Source of the DNA: Savitreella phatthalungensis
Taxonomy: Eukaryota
Assembly: GCA_051599415.1 (NCBI GenBank)
Contig: AP039692.1
Location: 558,001 to 622,000 of the forward strand
Direction of reading: 5' to 3'
Length of the DNA: 64,000 nt
This document shows, piece by piece, positions 54,055-64,000 of this stretch. Every line of letters starts with the position of its first letter. Positions within the stretch are counted from its first letter, which is position 1. The translations under genes and the position numbers were made by a program. The notes under the pieces are model-generated. The model was not told the DNA's origin. It saw only the letters and a program-made list of their open reading frames with translations, and ran no database searches.

Positions 54055-54651
54055 ATGCGCGCAGTCATTCAAAAGTGCCTGAGATCAAGCGTGAGAGTGG
54101 ACTCAGAGGTCGTTTCCTCGATCGGTCGTGGTTACAACGTGCTTGTGGGAATCTGTGCAGAGGACACGGCCGAGGATGTAGCATGGCTGGTGAATAAGAT
54201 CTTGAAAGTGCGGCTGTGGCACGACTGGCGCTACAACATTGGTGAAGCTCACCTGGCGGGCCCCAGAACTGAAGGTGAGCGAGTCAGTGCTGCATCGGAG
54301 AGACCCATCAGTGAGCCACTCGAGATCCTCTGTATCTCCCAATTCACACTCTATGCGAAATTACGTGGCAACAAGCCTGATTTCCACCTCGCCATGAAAT
54401 CAGCAGATGCAAGACCCCTTTACGAAGCTGTCCTGAAAGGACTTCGTGACGGTCTGCCGCCGATCAATACAGGCAAAGACGCTGATAAAACGACCGCCAC
54501 ACGTGTCAAAGATGGCGTCTTCGGCGCCATGATGGCTGTCGAGATCGTCAACGACGGACGTAAGCCACCTTCCACACCCCATGTCCCCGCTGCGTAGACT
54601 GACAAGGCGAATGTAGCTGTGACGATTGAGATCGACTCGAAGAACCGTTGA
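54055..54651 (+). CDS. DTD1: D-aminoacyl-tRNA deacylase (2 exons: 54055-54559 and 54617-54651)
   Basis: MRAVIQK, SQFTLY, GNKPDFH, GVFGAMM; splicing restores the conserved NDGPVT and ends IEIDSKNR*. Confidence 0.95.
54560..54616 (+). other. 57-nt spliceosomal intron in DTD1
   Basis: GTAAGC donor, ACTGAC branch site, TAG acceptor; removal restores the Gly-Pro motif. Confidence 0.9.
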
Positions 54652-57039
54652 TCAAGCCCTTGAGCAATTCACTGTATCGCTCGGCGGAGGATTGTCTCTG
54701 CCGAACTCCGTCGGCTGCTCTCCCATGATGAATAGGAGGTCTGCACCGTGAGCTATCTCCGCATGTGTGATCCATGCACGATCGAGCGGTTTCCCGTTCA
54801 GTATGACCCCTATCACGTGCCGACGGTTGTTGGCGAGGTTGGATGCACGGATGGTCAATGTAGATCCTACACTGCCGCCGAGCTTGATCGATGCACGGTT
54901 CCAGGACGGAGCAGCGAGCAGGTAGACCTCTGTGCCTGTGACTGGGTACAGGCCGAGGGAGAGCCAGACGAAGTACGCGCCCATGGCTCCTGAGTCGTCG
55001 TTGCCAGGAATTCCGGTCGGTCCAGTCCGATAGTGATCTCGAAGAATTCCATACACGCGTGATACCGTCAGGTCGTGCCGCCCGGCGTAAATGTACAGGA
55101 ATGGCGATAGGAAGGACGGCTCGTTCCCGGGATCGTATGATGTGTTGAACATCGCGTCAAGACGGCGGATGAAAGTCTCCCGTCCACGCAATTCGACATC
55201 CCATGGTCGCTCTCTGGCGTCTGAACGACCAGCAAAGCGACAGATCAGTCCTCGGATATCGTGAGGCGCCGCAAACTGGTACTCAAGACCGGTGCCTTCA
55301 TACGTAGGTTTGTCCCAATTTCCAGTCGATGTCGACAGGTTCCAGGGGAAAGTCGTACCATTAGGGTGCTTCGGCACTAGCCAGCCCTTCTCACTCATGA
55401 ACAAATGATCGGCATCCCACAGATTCTGCCAATTCCTGCTGCGGGACATGTATGTCTCAGCGTCTGCCGTCTTGTTGAGGTACTTGGCGATGGTTGCTAT
55501 GGCGCGATCGTTGCCAGCATACTCCATCGTCTTGCTCAGAGACCGGCCATCCCACCAGTAGCGCGGAGCCTGTGGGACAAATCCCAGACGCTTGTAGTCA
55601 TCTAGCCGCGACCTCCCAACTTTCAATGCAAGCTCACCAGGCGGCTCGACCTCGGCGTTGTGTGTTACTGCTTTCCAAACTGCCTCCCAATCGAGGTCAA
55701 GCCCCTTGACAAGAGCATCTGCCATGATGATGTCTGCGTTCGAGCCTCCCTGCGTGAGACCAGGCGAGAAGCCTGATTGACCGTCGAACAGCCAGCCACC
55801 GTTGTAGTCCGCGGAGTCCAGTATACTTCTCAGCATGGCTGTCATCCGCTCTGGCTGTAGGAGGGTCATCAGCGGCGTCGAACATCGGTGTAGGTCCCAG
55901 ATTGTGAACCAGTCGTCATATACCGGTCGACTTGTATCGTTGCCACCTCGTCGCGGATTCTCACCTTGTCTGTCGACAGGCATGACATGTGTTCGATAGA
56001 GCGATGAGTAGAAGATTGACTTCATATCTTCACTAGTCAGCGCAGAGTCGGCAGGCAAGCCTCCTTCGACGTCTATCGTGCTGAGCAGACCTTCCCATTG
56101 ATTCGCGGTCTCGGATTTGACCATGTCAAGGTCGAATCCCGCTCGACCTGTCTCCCGCTCGACGGCCGCACACGCAGCATCAGAAGTTAGAAAACTGATA
56201 CCGAGCTTGGAGATCACAATGGGGTCTTTAGCAATATCGAAGACAAGGAATGCGCCAATTGGATCAGACGTCGAGTTGATCGTCGGCCAGCCGGCATGAG
56301 TGCCTGAATTCCGGAACGTGCCATAGTTTGGTGCTGCGAGGCCTTGTGTCTGGCCGATACCATCTGCAGCTCTCGAAAATTGCGAGCAGAAGTAGACTGT
56401 GAAGTCATCACCAAGATTCCAGCCACCTCGATACGTCGCATGGCCGGTGATTTGGTCTCTTGCATCGTTGATGTGCACACTGCCTTCACGGTATGTCTGT
56501 GCAGTGCCGAGAACGTGGCTGAGGTCGATGAGAACCTGCGCGGCAGTTCCACCGCGGCTGACGAGCTCGGCAAAGTCGTATCGTGCGACCCCCACCATCG
56601 TCGTCGCGGTCAATTCGACATGCACGCCCCAAGCTTCCAGGTCGAAAGCATAGAAACCAGGCGAAGAGGTCTCGTTGCCGAAACGAGACGTGTATCGGTT
56701 GAGAGCGTCGAAGTTGACATCGATCGTTGTTGGGGTCTGTGCTAATACACCGTATTTGGGCCCACCGCCTGTGCCGGAGACGTGCAAGTATGAGATAGCA
56801 GTAACATTAGCATACCTCGGATCTGACCAGCCGGCATTATTCCCGCCACCGATAAAGGCACCAGTCAGGTCGTCCGTGTCAATGCCTAGTTTGACTGAGC
56901 CCCAGGGAGCTGTTGCGCCTGGAAAAACATGTCCTCCACCGGCAACTCCGTGCAACGTATCTACATAGCTATAAGCAGCCCTTCCAGAGCTTCCACTTGA
57001 ATAAGCAGATAGCAGACCGTTCAAGAAAGGTATTTGCAT
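54652..57039 (-). CDS. Glycoside hydrolase family 92 alpha-1,2-mannosidase
   Basis: FPGATAPWG.VKLG.D, HVSGTGGGPKYG, TQGGSNAD, SKTMEYA.ND, GNEPSF, PGNDDSGAMG. First ATG at 57039. Confidence 0.93.
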   Translation of the reverse strand: MQIPFLNGLLSAYSSGSSGRAAYSYVDTLHGVAGGGHVFPGATAPWGSVKLGIDTDDLTGAFIGGGNNAGWSDPRYANVTAISYLHVSGTGGGPKYGVLAQTPTTIDVNFDALNRYTSRFGNETSSPGFYAFDLEAWGVHVELTATTMVGVARYDFAELVSRGGTAAQVLIDLSHVLGTAQTYREGSVHINDARDQITGHATYRGGWNLGDDFTVYFCSQFSRAADGIGQTQGLAAPNYGTFRNSGTHAGWPTINSTSDPIGAFLVFDIAKDPIVISKLGISFLTSDAACAAVERETGRAGFDLDMVKSETANQWEGLLSTIDVEGGLPADSALTSEDMKSIFYSSLYRTHVMPVDRQGENPRRGGNDTSRPVYDDWFTIWDLHRCSTPLMTLLQPERMTAMLRSILDSADYNGGWLFDGQSGFSPGLTQGGSNADIIMADALVKGLDLDWEAVWKAVTHNAEVEPPGELALKVGRSRLDDYKRLGFVPQAPRYWWDGRSLSKTMEYAGNDRAIATIAKYLNKTADAETYMSRSRNWQNLWDADHLFMSEKGWLVPKHPNGTTFPWNLSTSTGNWDKPTYEGTGLEYQFAAPHDIRGLICRFAGRSDARERPWDVELRGRETFIRRLDAMFNTSYDPGNEPSFLSPFLYIYAGRHDLTVSRVYGILRDHYRTGPTGIPGNDDSGAMGAYFVWLSLGLYPVTGTEVYLLAAPSWNRASIKLGGSVGSTLTIRASNLANNRRHVIGVILNGKPLDRAWITHAEIAHGADLLFIMGEQPTEFGRDNPPPSDTVNCSRA

Positions 57040-57349
57040 GTGGAGATGCGCCCTATCTGGACGCTGCAACAGTCTACTGCGCTCTACTTTGAGCACACAA
57101 CATCCTCTATACTATGCTATAGAGGAGGTGTGTTGCTGCCTTGAGTGGGTGTGACGTTGTGTGGAGTCAAGATCAAATTGAAGTGCATGTGATCCACTGT
57201 ATGTATGCAGATCAATTCACCGCCCAAACAAAACACTTAATTACACACTCATTTATGCTCAAGGATATACTCAGCCAGGCACACACACCAGTAAGTCGTC
57301 ACTGAAGGAACTGCCACACTGAAGCTCAGGAGAGTCGTTGTAGCGCGTT

Positions 57350-59518
57350 ATGGCGGCATCTGTGGGTGGGTTCAGTGCCTTGCAGCTCATCGCCGGACTG
57401 AACGATGAGTCGCATCTCCCACAGCTAGTTCCTCATCTCGTCAAGGTATTAGAAGAGAGCGGCATCACACTGGACAAGCAGTTGTATGCCCAGACACACA
57501 CGCGAATCTCGACGCTGCTTCAATCGAAGCAAGCTCGGATTCGGTGGGCGGCTGCATGTCTAGCAGACGCATTGATCAATGCGTCCGGCGGTCAGGGTGA
57601 ACGAACGCTGAGTTCTCATGGCGGTACCTGGATCAAGCTTCTATTACGGAACCTCGACGTTGCAAGGCAGGCCGTGCTTTTCACCGCCACGCTCCGGGCG
57701 ATTCACAGTATCATCTCGCACGCTCAGGGCAAGGCAGAAGTTCTGCGAGATGCTGTCACACCTGCTCTGCCGTCACTCTTCGCCACACTCACCAAGACTC
57801 TCGATGGTGGCCAGCCTGCAGTTGTGCGAGAAGTCCTGCAGCGACTTGTTCCGCTCATCAGATGTCATCCGACAAGCTTTCGCTCTTTCGCAGGCAAGCT
57901 CCACAACTACTGTCTAGCCCAGCTGAACGGATCGTGCAGGGATGTGCAGATCCGCAGGCTGGTGGCAAGAGCGTTTGTAACATTGCATCTTTGTGCTCCC
58001 AAAAATACATCGGCCACAGAGTGGGCTTCTGGTGTTGCCGCGACCGTCGACGAGTTGCACAACGCCCTTTCGTACCTTGAAACGCCTCTTGCAGATGCAT
58101 ATCCCGTGGCGCTGGCAGGTCTCGGCATGCTGCCCTTCTCGACTGATCAGTACGAGACTGAGGTCTCCTCGGCTGTATCTCGCATTGATGCTCTGCTTAC
58201 AGTTCTGTCAGGTTTTCTGACAAGTCGCACGACCACACCTGTGAAACTGCCGATCAGCGTGCTTGCCAGATTGACAGACAGAATGCTGGCGATCGATATG
58301 CGTCGAGGTATCAAGGCGTCGACGCCTCGTTCCACACAGGCTGCTCTGATCACCTTGCTGCCTGGCATTCGTCGGCGGGGCTACCGCCTTGCTCGGTTAC
58401 TCGTCCAGACATTGGCTCTGTCAACATTGCCGTTTGTCGACAACTGGTGTAGGATCGCATCGTTAGAGCGTACACCTGCGGCTCTTGATCTTCTCGTAGA
58501 AGTCTTCCGCACCGTTGGCCCTCTATCGGATCTTGAGCTCAGACCTGTTGTCCAGGCCGCCGTCGACACGATTGAACGCTCACTAGTATCATCGACAGTC
58601 CGCAATCTCAGCGTCAAGCGAAAGGCCGACGGACAGACGAAAGACAGCTCAGTTGAAAGCACGAAGTCTAGCGACGTACGAGTCACGCGAGCTGAGATCA
58701 CCACTTCGATTGACATTCTACGCGAGATCTGCTCGCTGCCGCAGGTCGAGGGCGTGCCGAGCCGACTTCAAGATCGCGCGTGCTTGGCGTTGGCGAAACT
58801 CGCGGCAGCTGTGAACGGTGGCGTTGCACCGAATGCACGCGCGATCGATGCGCTCGCTCACATCGAGGCGCTCGGGCCACTGCGACCTATCAGTGCAGCG
58901 CTAGCGTCCCTGCTCGGCAACGTCGCAGCTCACATCCACGCGCGTCCTCCCACATTCGCCCACACGCTCGCAACCCAGTCCACGATCGAAGTTGCCAGGC
59001 ACCCACGTGTGCCAGCACTCCGAAGACGGCCCCTCCAATGGGAGCTCGACGCTCAAGACGAGGACGAAGTCGTGGCCGAAGCAGAGCCCGAGGACGAGAA
59101 GTTGGACAAAGTCGGCAGTGACAATGTGGCTCAGATTGATATGGTTGAGGACGTCCAATCGACACCTCCTGCCGAGCATCCCTCAGCACCTCTCGATACG
59201 CGTTCGAGTGTGTACGATGTGAGTCCGCAGGTGGAGCCAGTCCTTACACTGCCAGCTGCCACGCCACCCATCATCAAGGAACCCTCTCCTACTCCGGCGC
59301 CATCCCATGCACTACCCCACACCCCGCAAAAGCAGCAGATCCCAGACGCTGTACACAGAGATCCGCCCCGGCAGCCATCAAGCCTGACGGTCGGTAAGGA
59401 TTACGCACATGCGGATGCCGCAGGCGGTGGTGATGACGATGACAATGAAGAGATTCCGGAGATCTGCATGGACAGCGACACTGACCCTGAAGACATGTCT
59501 GATTCAGAAGAAGATTGA
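57350..59518 (+). CDS. RIX1: Pre-rRNA-processing protein Rix1/PELP1
   Basis: TRISTLLQSK...RWAA, R.AVTP.LP, HPTSFRSF...L, HPRVP, Pro-rich then acidic C-terminus (IPEICMDSD). Confidence 0.8.
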   Translation: MAASVGGFSALQLIAGLNDESHLPQLVPHLVKVLEESGITLDKQLYAQTHTRISTLLQSKQARIRWAAACLADALINASGGQGERTLSSHGGTWIKLLLRNLDVARQAVLFTATLRAIHSIISHAQGKAEVLRDAVTPALPSLFATLTKTLDGGQPAVVREVLQRLVPLIRCHPTSFRSFAGKLHNYCLAQLNGSCRDVQIRRLVARAFVTLHLCAPKNTSATEWASGVAATVDELHNALSYLETPLADAYPVALAGLGMLPFSTDQYETEVSSAVSRIDALLTVLSGFLTSRTTTPVKLPISVLARLTDRMLAIDMRRGIKASTPRSTQAALITLLPGIRRRGYRLARLLVQTLALSTLPFVDNWCRIASLERTPAALDLLVEVFRTVGPLSDLELRPVVQAAVDTIERSLVSSTVRNLSVKRKADGQTKDSSVESTKSSDVRVTRAEITTSIDILREICSLPQVEGVPSRLQDRACLALAKLAAAVNGGVAPNARAIDALAHIEALGPLRPISAALASLLGNVAAHIHARPPTFAHTLATQSTIEVARHPRVPALRRRPLQWELDAQDEDEVVAEAEPEDEKLDKVGSDNVAQIDMVEDVQSTPPAEHPSAPLDTRSSVYDVSPQVEPVLTLPAATPPIIKEPSPTPAPSHALPHTPQKQQIPDAVHRDPPRQPSSLTVGKDYAHADAAGGGDDDDNEEIPEICMDSDTDPEDMSDSEED

Positions 59519-59601
59519 AGCAGCAGCCGTCGTCATAGTCTCTGTTCATTACTTTTCCGTAAGCTTAGCTCTATATGCATGGTGATTTCGCACTACTAAG
59601 G

Positions 59602-60876
59602 CTACCGCGGTGGTGGTCGCAAGGCTGGCCCGATTTCGGCAACTTTAGGTTTTTTGCCTGCGGGTTGTTGGTGTTTGTCTGTGTTTGGGTTGTCGGCGCG
59701 CTTGCGATTGAGAATGTTGCGGAGGTTGGCTGCGACGTCGTTGCTGGTGGCTGCTCCTGCGCCGCCGTCTGCGGGATCGTCGAGAAGCGTGTTGGAAGGC
59801 CGGCTGTGGTGCTTGGCAGCATACCGAGCTTTCTGGTCGGCGTATCGAGGATCCAAGAGCTCCACGCGCATGTGCTCCTCCAGCTCATCAACGGGTATCA
59901 GCTCACCACACCGCGGACATGTCTGCCGCTGTTGTCGGGTTTGCGGTAGTCGTGAACCGGTCGCTGGAGATGGTGTCGGGGCTGGGAGCTTCGCTGATAC
60001 GGGTTGGGTGTCGGGGTGTTCGATGTACAGGGAGGCTCTGTCGAATGCGCGTGTGGGTTCGTCTAGCTCCATCATAAGTCGTTTTTGTTCTAGCGATGCG
60101 CGTTTGAGTCGTTCGAGGTCGAGTGCACCTGGCAGTTCGGCGGCCTCGTCCGACGGAGCAAACTCGATCGTCTCGACCACGACAAATGCAGACCAATCGA
60201 TCTGGGCGTACATGCGCCGTTGCTCGGCAGCGTCGAGAGCCTCCTGCTTTCGCTCACGACGGCGGCCGACCTCTGCCTCCGCACGGACACCGCACCGCCG
60301 CAAGATCGCTCCGTAGTCGTCCGCGTCGTCCGCTCGGATTGCAGCCAGGAGAGATGGCGGTGGGTCCAGGACAAGTGCGTATTGCTGGACGACCTGCATG
60401 AAGAAGCCAAACAGTGGATGTGATCCTCGTAGGAAGTCAAATTGCGGGTTTCGTCCTTCCCGCTGTAGCAAGGTTGTGATGAAGGATCGGCCGTTGACCG
60501 CAACGCTGCGGGCGGTGAGCCGGAGAATGGCTAAATCTATAGCGGAGATAGGTGGGAGGGCTTGTGAGAAGCGATGCTCGCGCGGCGTAGATGCGGCGCT
60601 GGCTTGTGCCGCCGATGCCGTGTTGTCGTGCTTCAGAATTGCGTCAGGTCCACCACGAGCGACTGAGGTGAGCTTGCCCGAGCGATAGTCTTCAACACGC
60701 TTGGCATAGTATGGATAGAACGGATCACCGACGTTGATGAATGAGAGCTTGAAGTCCTTCTTTCCGTCCTCTTTCAATCTGTCCTCGAAAGGCTTTCCAC
60801 GGGAAGCAACAAATGGCGCTACTTTGTCAATCGTCTCCCGCAGCTCCTTGGGCGGGAGGATCATTGGTGCATCCAT
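59602..60876 (-). CDS. PRP21: SF3a splicing factor subunit Prp21/SF3A1/Sap114
   Basis: Two SURP domains (ILPPKELR..IDK.A.FVA, NPQFDFLR..H), YAQIDW..FVVVETI.F, EHMRVELLDP. First ATG at 60876. Confidence 0.93.
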   Translation of the reverse strand: MDAPMILPPKELRETIDKVAPFVASRGKPFEDRLKEDGKKDFKLSFINVGDPFYPYYAKRVEDYRSGKLTSVARGGPDAILKHDNTASAAQASAASTPREHRFSQALPPISAIDLAILRLTARSVAVNGRSFITTLLQREGRNPQFDFLRGSHPLFGFFMQVVQQYALVLDPPPSLLAAIRADDADDYGAILRRCGVRAEAEVGRRRERKQEALDAAEQRRMYAQIDWSAFVVVETIEFAPSDEAAELPGALDLERLKRASLEQKRLMMELDEPTRAFDRASLYIEHPDTQPVSAKLPAPTPSPATGSRLPQTRQQRQTCPRCGELIPVDELEEHMRVELLDPRYADQKARYAAKHHSRPSNTLLDDPADGGAGAATSNDVAANLRNILNRKRADNPNTDKHQQPAGKKPKVAEIGPALRPPPR

Positions 60877-61334
60877 GCTATGACAACAAGCGCTTCTCAA
60901 CACCGTGTTTCCATGCTTGTAGTCCTGAGTGTGTCTCTCTAGCTGAGGCTTGATGTCATGTCGTCTGAGTAAATTTCACGTCCAAACGTATAACGATCAC
61001 AATCACTGCATGTCGTTGATAAAACATTCTTGGCGTAGAGTCTGAAGTGCATGTCGAAGTGGTCTGTTGAGGAGGCAAAGAGCAGACTACTCATGTACGC
61101 ACGACACCTAGGACAACATGCTATCGGTCGTGAAGTCACGACAAACGCAGCGTCCTGTCATCAGTCACTCGTCGATCACGATAGACAGCCTTAGTAGTAG
61201 TCAAACCAATCGACATCCGAAACTCATGACCAGGTCACGATCTCGTTTATCGATCGCACGATGAGCTGTTACAGGCGACACCTGGCATGTATGCATTGAT
61301 GTAGTGCGACCATTCAGACAAGTATCAGCAGTGG

Positions 61335-62831
61335 ATGAGTGCCTTCAAGGACTCGCACGGGATCGCGATGAATCTCGGCCAACAACAGCCGCAGCTGAAA
61401 GGAAGGTTGCTGCGGATCATGCAGCCTTCCAGACAGGGCGATTCGTCCGACGAGCCCCAGCCGCGAGAGTACCTATGGGTCTGTGCTGAACCGCGATGGG
61501 AAGACCCGACTGTGCAGCGGGGAAGGCTGATGCGGAGGTTGATTGATATAGAGGGGGTGTCTGTGCGAGAGGACAATAAGAAGGAGCTTGTGATGCTCGG
61601 TGGTCCTGGGCATGGGTACGTGGAGAAGCGGTTGAGCGAGTTGGAGTTGGGCAAATCTGGCAAGGGCTATGCGTGCCTGGTGACGAACCGTCCATGGCCG
61701 TTGGATCATGCGACGCGAGATCGCCAATGGCAGCGCACCTACTTCTGCTGTAGGCACGCGGTCGTGCCTGCCAAGAGTAGCGGGGCGTCCCCTGCTGAGA
61801 CCTGGCCTACGTTTGGCAGCAGCTCGAGTAAGAGTGGCGCAATTGTGGCCTTGCGAGAAGGCGACGTCCCGATTTGGCAATGCAACGTCTACCCCATTAA
61901 AGCTCGCGCTTTTCTGGAGGCCGATGACAAGCAACGCGCACAGTATGGACGGACCCAAGGCAGCTCGACGAGATATACGCATGCTGACTTGTTCTGCGGC
62001 GCCGGCGGTGCTGCAGCTGGTGCACGTCTGGCAGGTTTTCACACAGTTTGGGCTCTGGATAAGTGGCCCACAGCTTGTGAAGTCTTCAAAGCGGCGTTTC
62101 CCGAAAGCTCTGTGCTGTGCCAAGATGCAGACGACCCGGCGAGCCTAGCACGCGTTGACGTGCTCCATGCAAGTCCTCCTTGCCAGCCGTTCAGCAGCGC
62201 AAACACGCGGGAGGATCTCGGCAAGGATTCAGCGGACCATATTTTATCATTCATGGCGCTCAAGGCTGCCATCGACAAGGCCAAACCTCGTGTCTTTACC
62301 CTCGAGCAAGTGCCTGGTATTCGTGGTACAAAGGGCCAGAACTTCTTGAGTTGGCTCATCGGCGAGCTGGTCGAGGAAGGCTGGAGCGTTCGATGGCAAG
62401 AAGTAGATTGTGCGGATCATGGCGTGCCGCAGTCACGCAGGAGGATCATTCTCATGGCTTCCTGTCCAGGACAGATGTTACCTCACGCACTGAAGCCTCG
62501 AGCAGAGTCTCGAACGAGAATTAGAGATGCTTTGCAACCGAGCGCTACCCAGTTGAGGTCGCAAAGAGCGTTCTGGAACAGTCAGGCGTCAACCATCATG
62601 GCCACAGGACCGCCGCCGATGCATTTGGCATTCGGCAGGGCATTCACATGGGAGGAGCTTGCTCGCCTGCAGACTTTTCCAGACGAGCTCGTAAGTGCAC
62701 TGGCCTCACAATCTACCGGTCGTCCGCGGCTGAAGCTAATTGGCAATGCTGTTCCATCACAATTTGCAAAAGACCTTTTCGAGAGCGTACGCCGCACTCT
62801 TCAACAGACCGACGAGTTGCTCATCGACTGA
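61335..62831 (+). CDS. C5 cytosine DNA methyltransferase of the RID/Masc1 type
   Basis: Motif I DLFCGAGG, IV VDVLHASPPCQPFS, VI TLEQVPGI, VIII VPQSRRRIILMASCPG, IX RAFT.EELARLQTFP, X IGNAVP. Confidence 0.88.
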   Translation: MSAFKDSHGIAMNLGQQQPQLKGRLLRIMQPSRQGDSSDEPQPREYLWVCAEPRWEDPTVQRGRLMRRLIDIEGVSVREDNKKELVMLGGPGHGYVEKRLSELELGKSGKGYACLVTNRPWPLDHATRDRQWQRTYFCCRHAVVPAKSSGASPAETWPTFGSSSSKSGAIVALREGDVPIWQCNVYPIKARAFLEADDKQRAQYGRTQGSSTRYTHADLFCGAGGAAAGARLAGFHTVWALDKWPTACEVFKAAFPESSVLCQDADDPASLARVDVLHASPPCQPFSSANTREDLGKDSADHILSFMALKAAIDKAKPRVFTLEQVPGIRGTKGQNFLSWLIGELVEEGWSVRWQEVDCADHGVPQSRRRIILMASCPGQMLPHALKPRAESRTRIRDALQPSATQLRSQRAFWNSQASTIMATGPPPMHLAFGRAFTWEELARLQTFPDELVSALASQSTGRPRLKLIGNAVPSQFAKDLFESVRRTLQQTDELLID

Positions 62832-62859
62832 CTGACTTTCCTTAAAGAAAGCACTTTCG

Positions 62860-64000
62860 TTACTTGCCAGTTGCCGCTGGTTTAGGCCTGTGTGTGCTGA
62901 CGGCTTTGATGCCTGAGGGAATTCGTTCTTCCTGTGTAGAGTATGGTTTAGGCGTGAATTTGATGACTTCGTGCAGCGGGATATTGATGTACGGCAGATC
63001 TTCTTGCGGGATGTTGTGGTAGTATGCATAGATGCAGCGAAGGACAGCTTGATGACAAACTATCAGGACGTTCTCTTGGCGCTCGAGCTCCATGATAACA
63101 GGCTCTAGACGGATGACGACGTCACGATAGGACTCACCACCGCGGTATCGGTAGTTGAACTTGTCTGCATCCCGTTTCATCTCCTCAGGATATCGGACTT
63201 CAATTTCCTCGTAGGTCAAGCCGTCACAAATGCCAGCGTCAAGCTCGTCCAACGCTTTCCAGGTCAGCTTCTTGAATGGCAAGTGGCGAGCTGTGGCGAT
63301 CGTCCTGCGGAGCGTCGATGTCCAAACGGTCAGATCTTTCAATCCACCGGTGGATTTATCAACTAGCTCCGGCAGCATAGCGGCGTAGCTCTCTCCACGG
63401 TCGCTCAGGAGCGCATCTCCGCCAAGCTTTCCTTCGACGTTGAATTGGGACTCGCCGTGTCGGGATAGCCAGATTGAGCGCGGCTTGATGTGCAGGTTCA
63501 TGAGGAAATAGACGATGCGGGATTCGAGGAAGTTGTCGATTGCGTGGATGATGACCTGACCTCCGACGTTGATCATCTTGACGTAGCTGTAGTGTGACTC
63601 TGATCCGTCGGCGTCGAGAGGCTCATACGCTCGCTCATAGTGTCGAATACGCTCCCGGAAGTCGAGTGCGGCCTGCTCGGCATCTTGGCCTACGTAGTCC
63701 GGTGATGAGACCTTGACGTCTGTAATGTTGTGCATGATGAGCTCTTCATCATCGCAGACGGATTCCACAAACAAGACCTTGATCTCGTTCTCGGCACATG
63801 TGTCTGCAATCCACTTGCGGCGGGCTCGAGTGGAATTCGTGGCGTCGAGAACACCAACGACGCCAGCATCACGTGCGAACCAGTCGATCATGTCGTCGAC
63901 GGCCGCCTGAGCGGCCTGCTGACGCAGCTTCTCTCCATCTGGATTTGACGGATTGAAGAAGTCAGCAGAGGGAAAAGGCTGGGTGGTCTTTCGACGGTAG
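62860..64000 (-). CDS. FBP26: Bifunctional 6-phosphofructo-2-kinase/fructose-2,6-bisphosphatase (Fbp26-like); 5' end beyond the window
   Basis: LDATNST, ESVCDD, LSRHGES, WTSTLRRT, WKALDELDAG, YRGGESY.D, HQAVLRC; the frame stays open to the window edge (YRRKTTQPFPSADFF). Confidence 0.93.
   Translation of the reverse strand, partial: YRRKTTQPFPSADFFNPSNPDGEKLRQQAAQAAVDDMIDWFARDAGVVGVLDATNSTRARRKWIADTCAENEIKVLFVESVCDDEELIMHNITDVKVSSPDYVGQDAEQAALDFRERIRHYERAYEPLDADGSESHYSYVKMINVGGQVIIHAIDNFLESRIVYFLMNLHIKPRSIWLSRHGESQFNVEGKLGGDALLSDRGESYAAMLPELVDKSTGGLKDLTVWTSTLRRTIATARHLPFKKLTWKALDELDAGICDGLTYEEIEVRYPEEMKRDADKFNYRYRGGESYRDVVIRLEPVIMELERQENVLIVCHQAVLRCIYAYYHNIPQEDLPYINIPLHEVIKFTPKPYSTQEERIPSGIKAVSTHRPKPAATGK

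Noticed and set aside
57103..57126. 9-bp inverted repeat tcctctata/tatagagga upstream of GH92
   Set aside because: A single short hairpin with no supporting context.
61235..61334. In-frame sequence upstream of the DNMT interrupted by TAG (possible read-through or extra exon)
   Set aside because: Bounded by another stop shortly upstream, no plausible intron (the GT..AG candidate is only 16 nt), and TAG terminates other genes normally.
1..64000. Transposons, RIP-mutated repeats, CRISPR, rRNA/tRNA
   Set aside because: No transposase/RT motifs, LTR or TIR pairs, strongly AT-rich blocks, repeat-spacer arrays or cloverleafs seen by eye.

Overview
A 64 kb stretch of a compact, very intron-poor fungal (ascomycete) chromosome, holding about 30 protein-coding genes and only one clear intron. 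Gene style and compactness suggest an early-diverging lineage such as Taphrinomycotina; this is an inference. The window opens inside a large minus-strand NRPS (A-T-C-A-T-C..., ferrichrome-synthetase-like; missing from the ORF track because it runs off the window) and closes inside a 6PF2K/FBPase-2 gene. Housekeeping genes include RAX1, RMD8-like, CSN7, ORT1, OPY2, Set7-like, GCP3/Spc98, an EXD2/WRN-type exonuclease, VIP1, TSC13, RPN12, NPR2, NSE4, DTD1, RIX1 and PRP21. The most notable items are: a RID/Masc1-type C5 DNA methyltransferase; an alpha/beta-hydrolase-tyrosine phosphatase fusion ending in a peroxisomal AKL; a non-canonical multi-finger GATA factor; a secreted stand-alone GH43 C-terminal domain; a 10-Cys thaumatin-like protein; iron-repressor-type GATA boxes before the NRPS and the ornithine carrier; and overlapping or abutting convergent gene ends. 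I found no supportable tRNA, rRNA, CRISPR array or intact transposon. All family calls come from motif recognition, not database searches.
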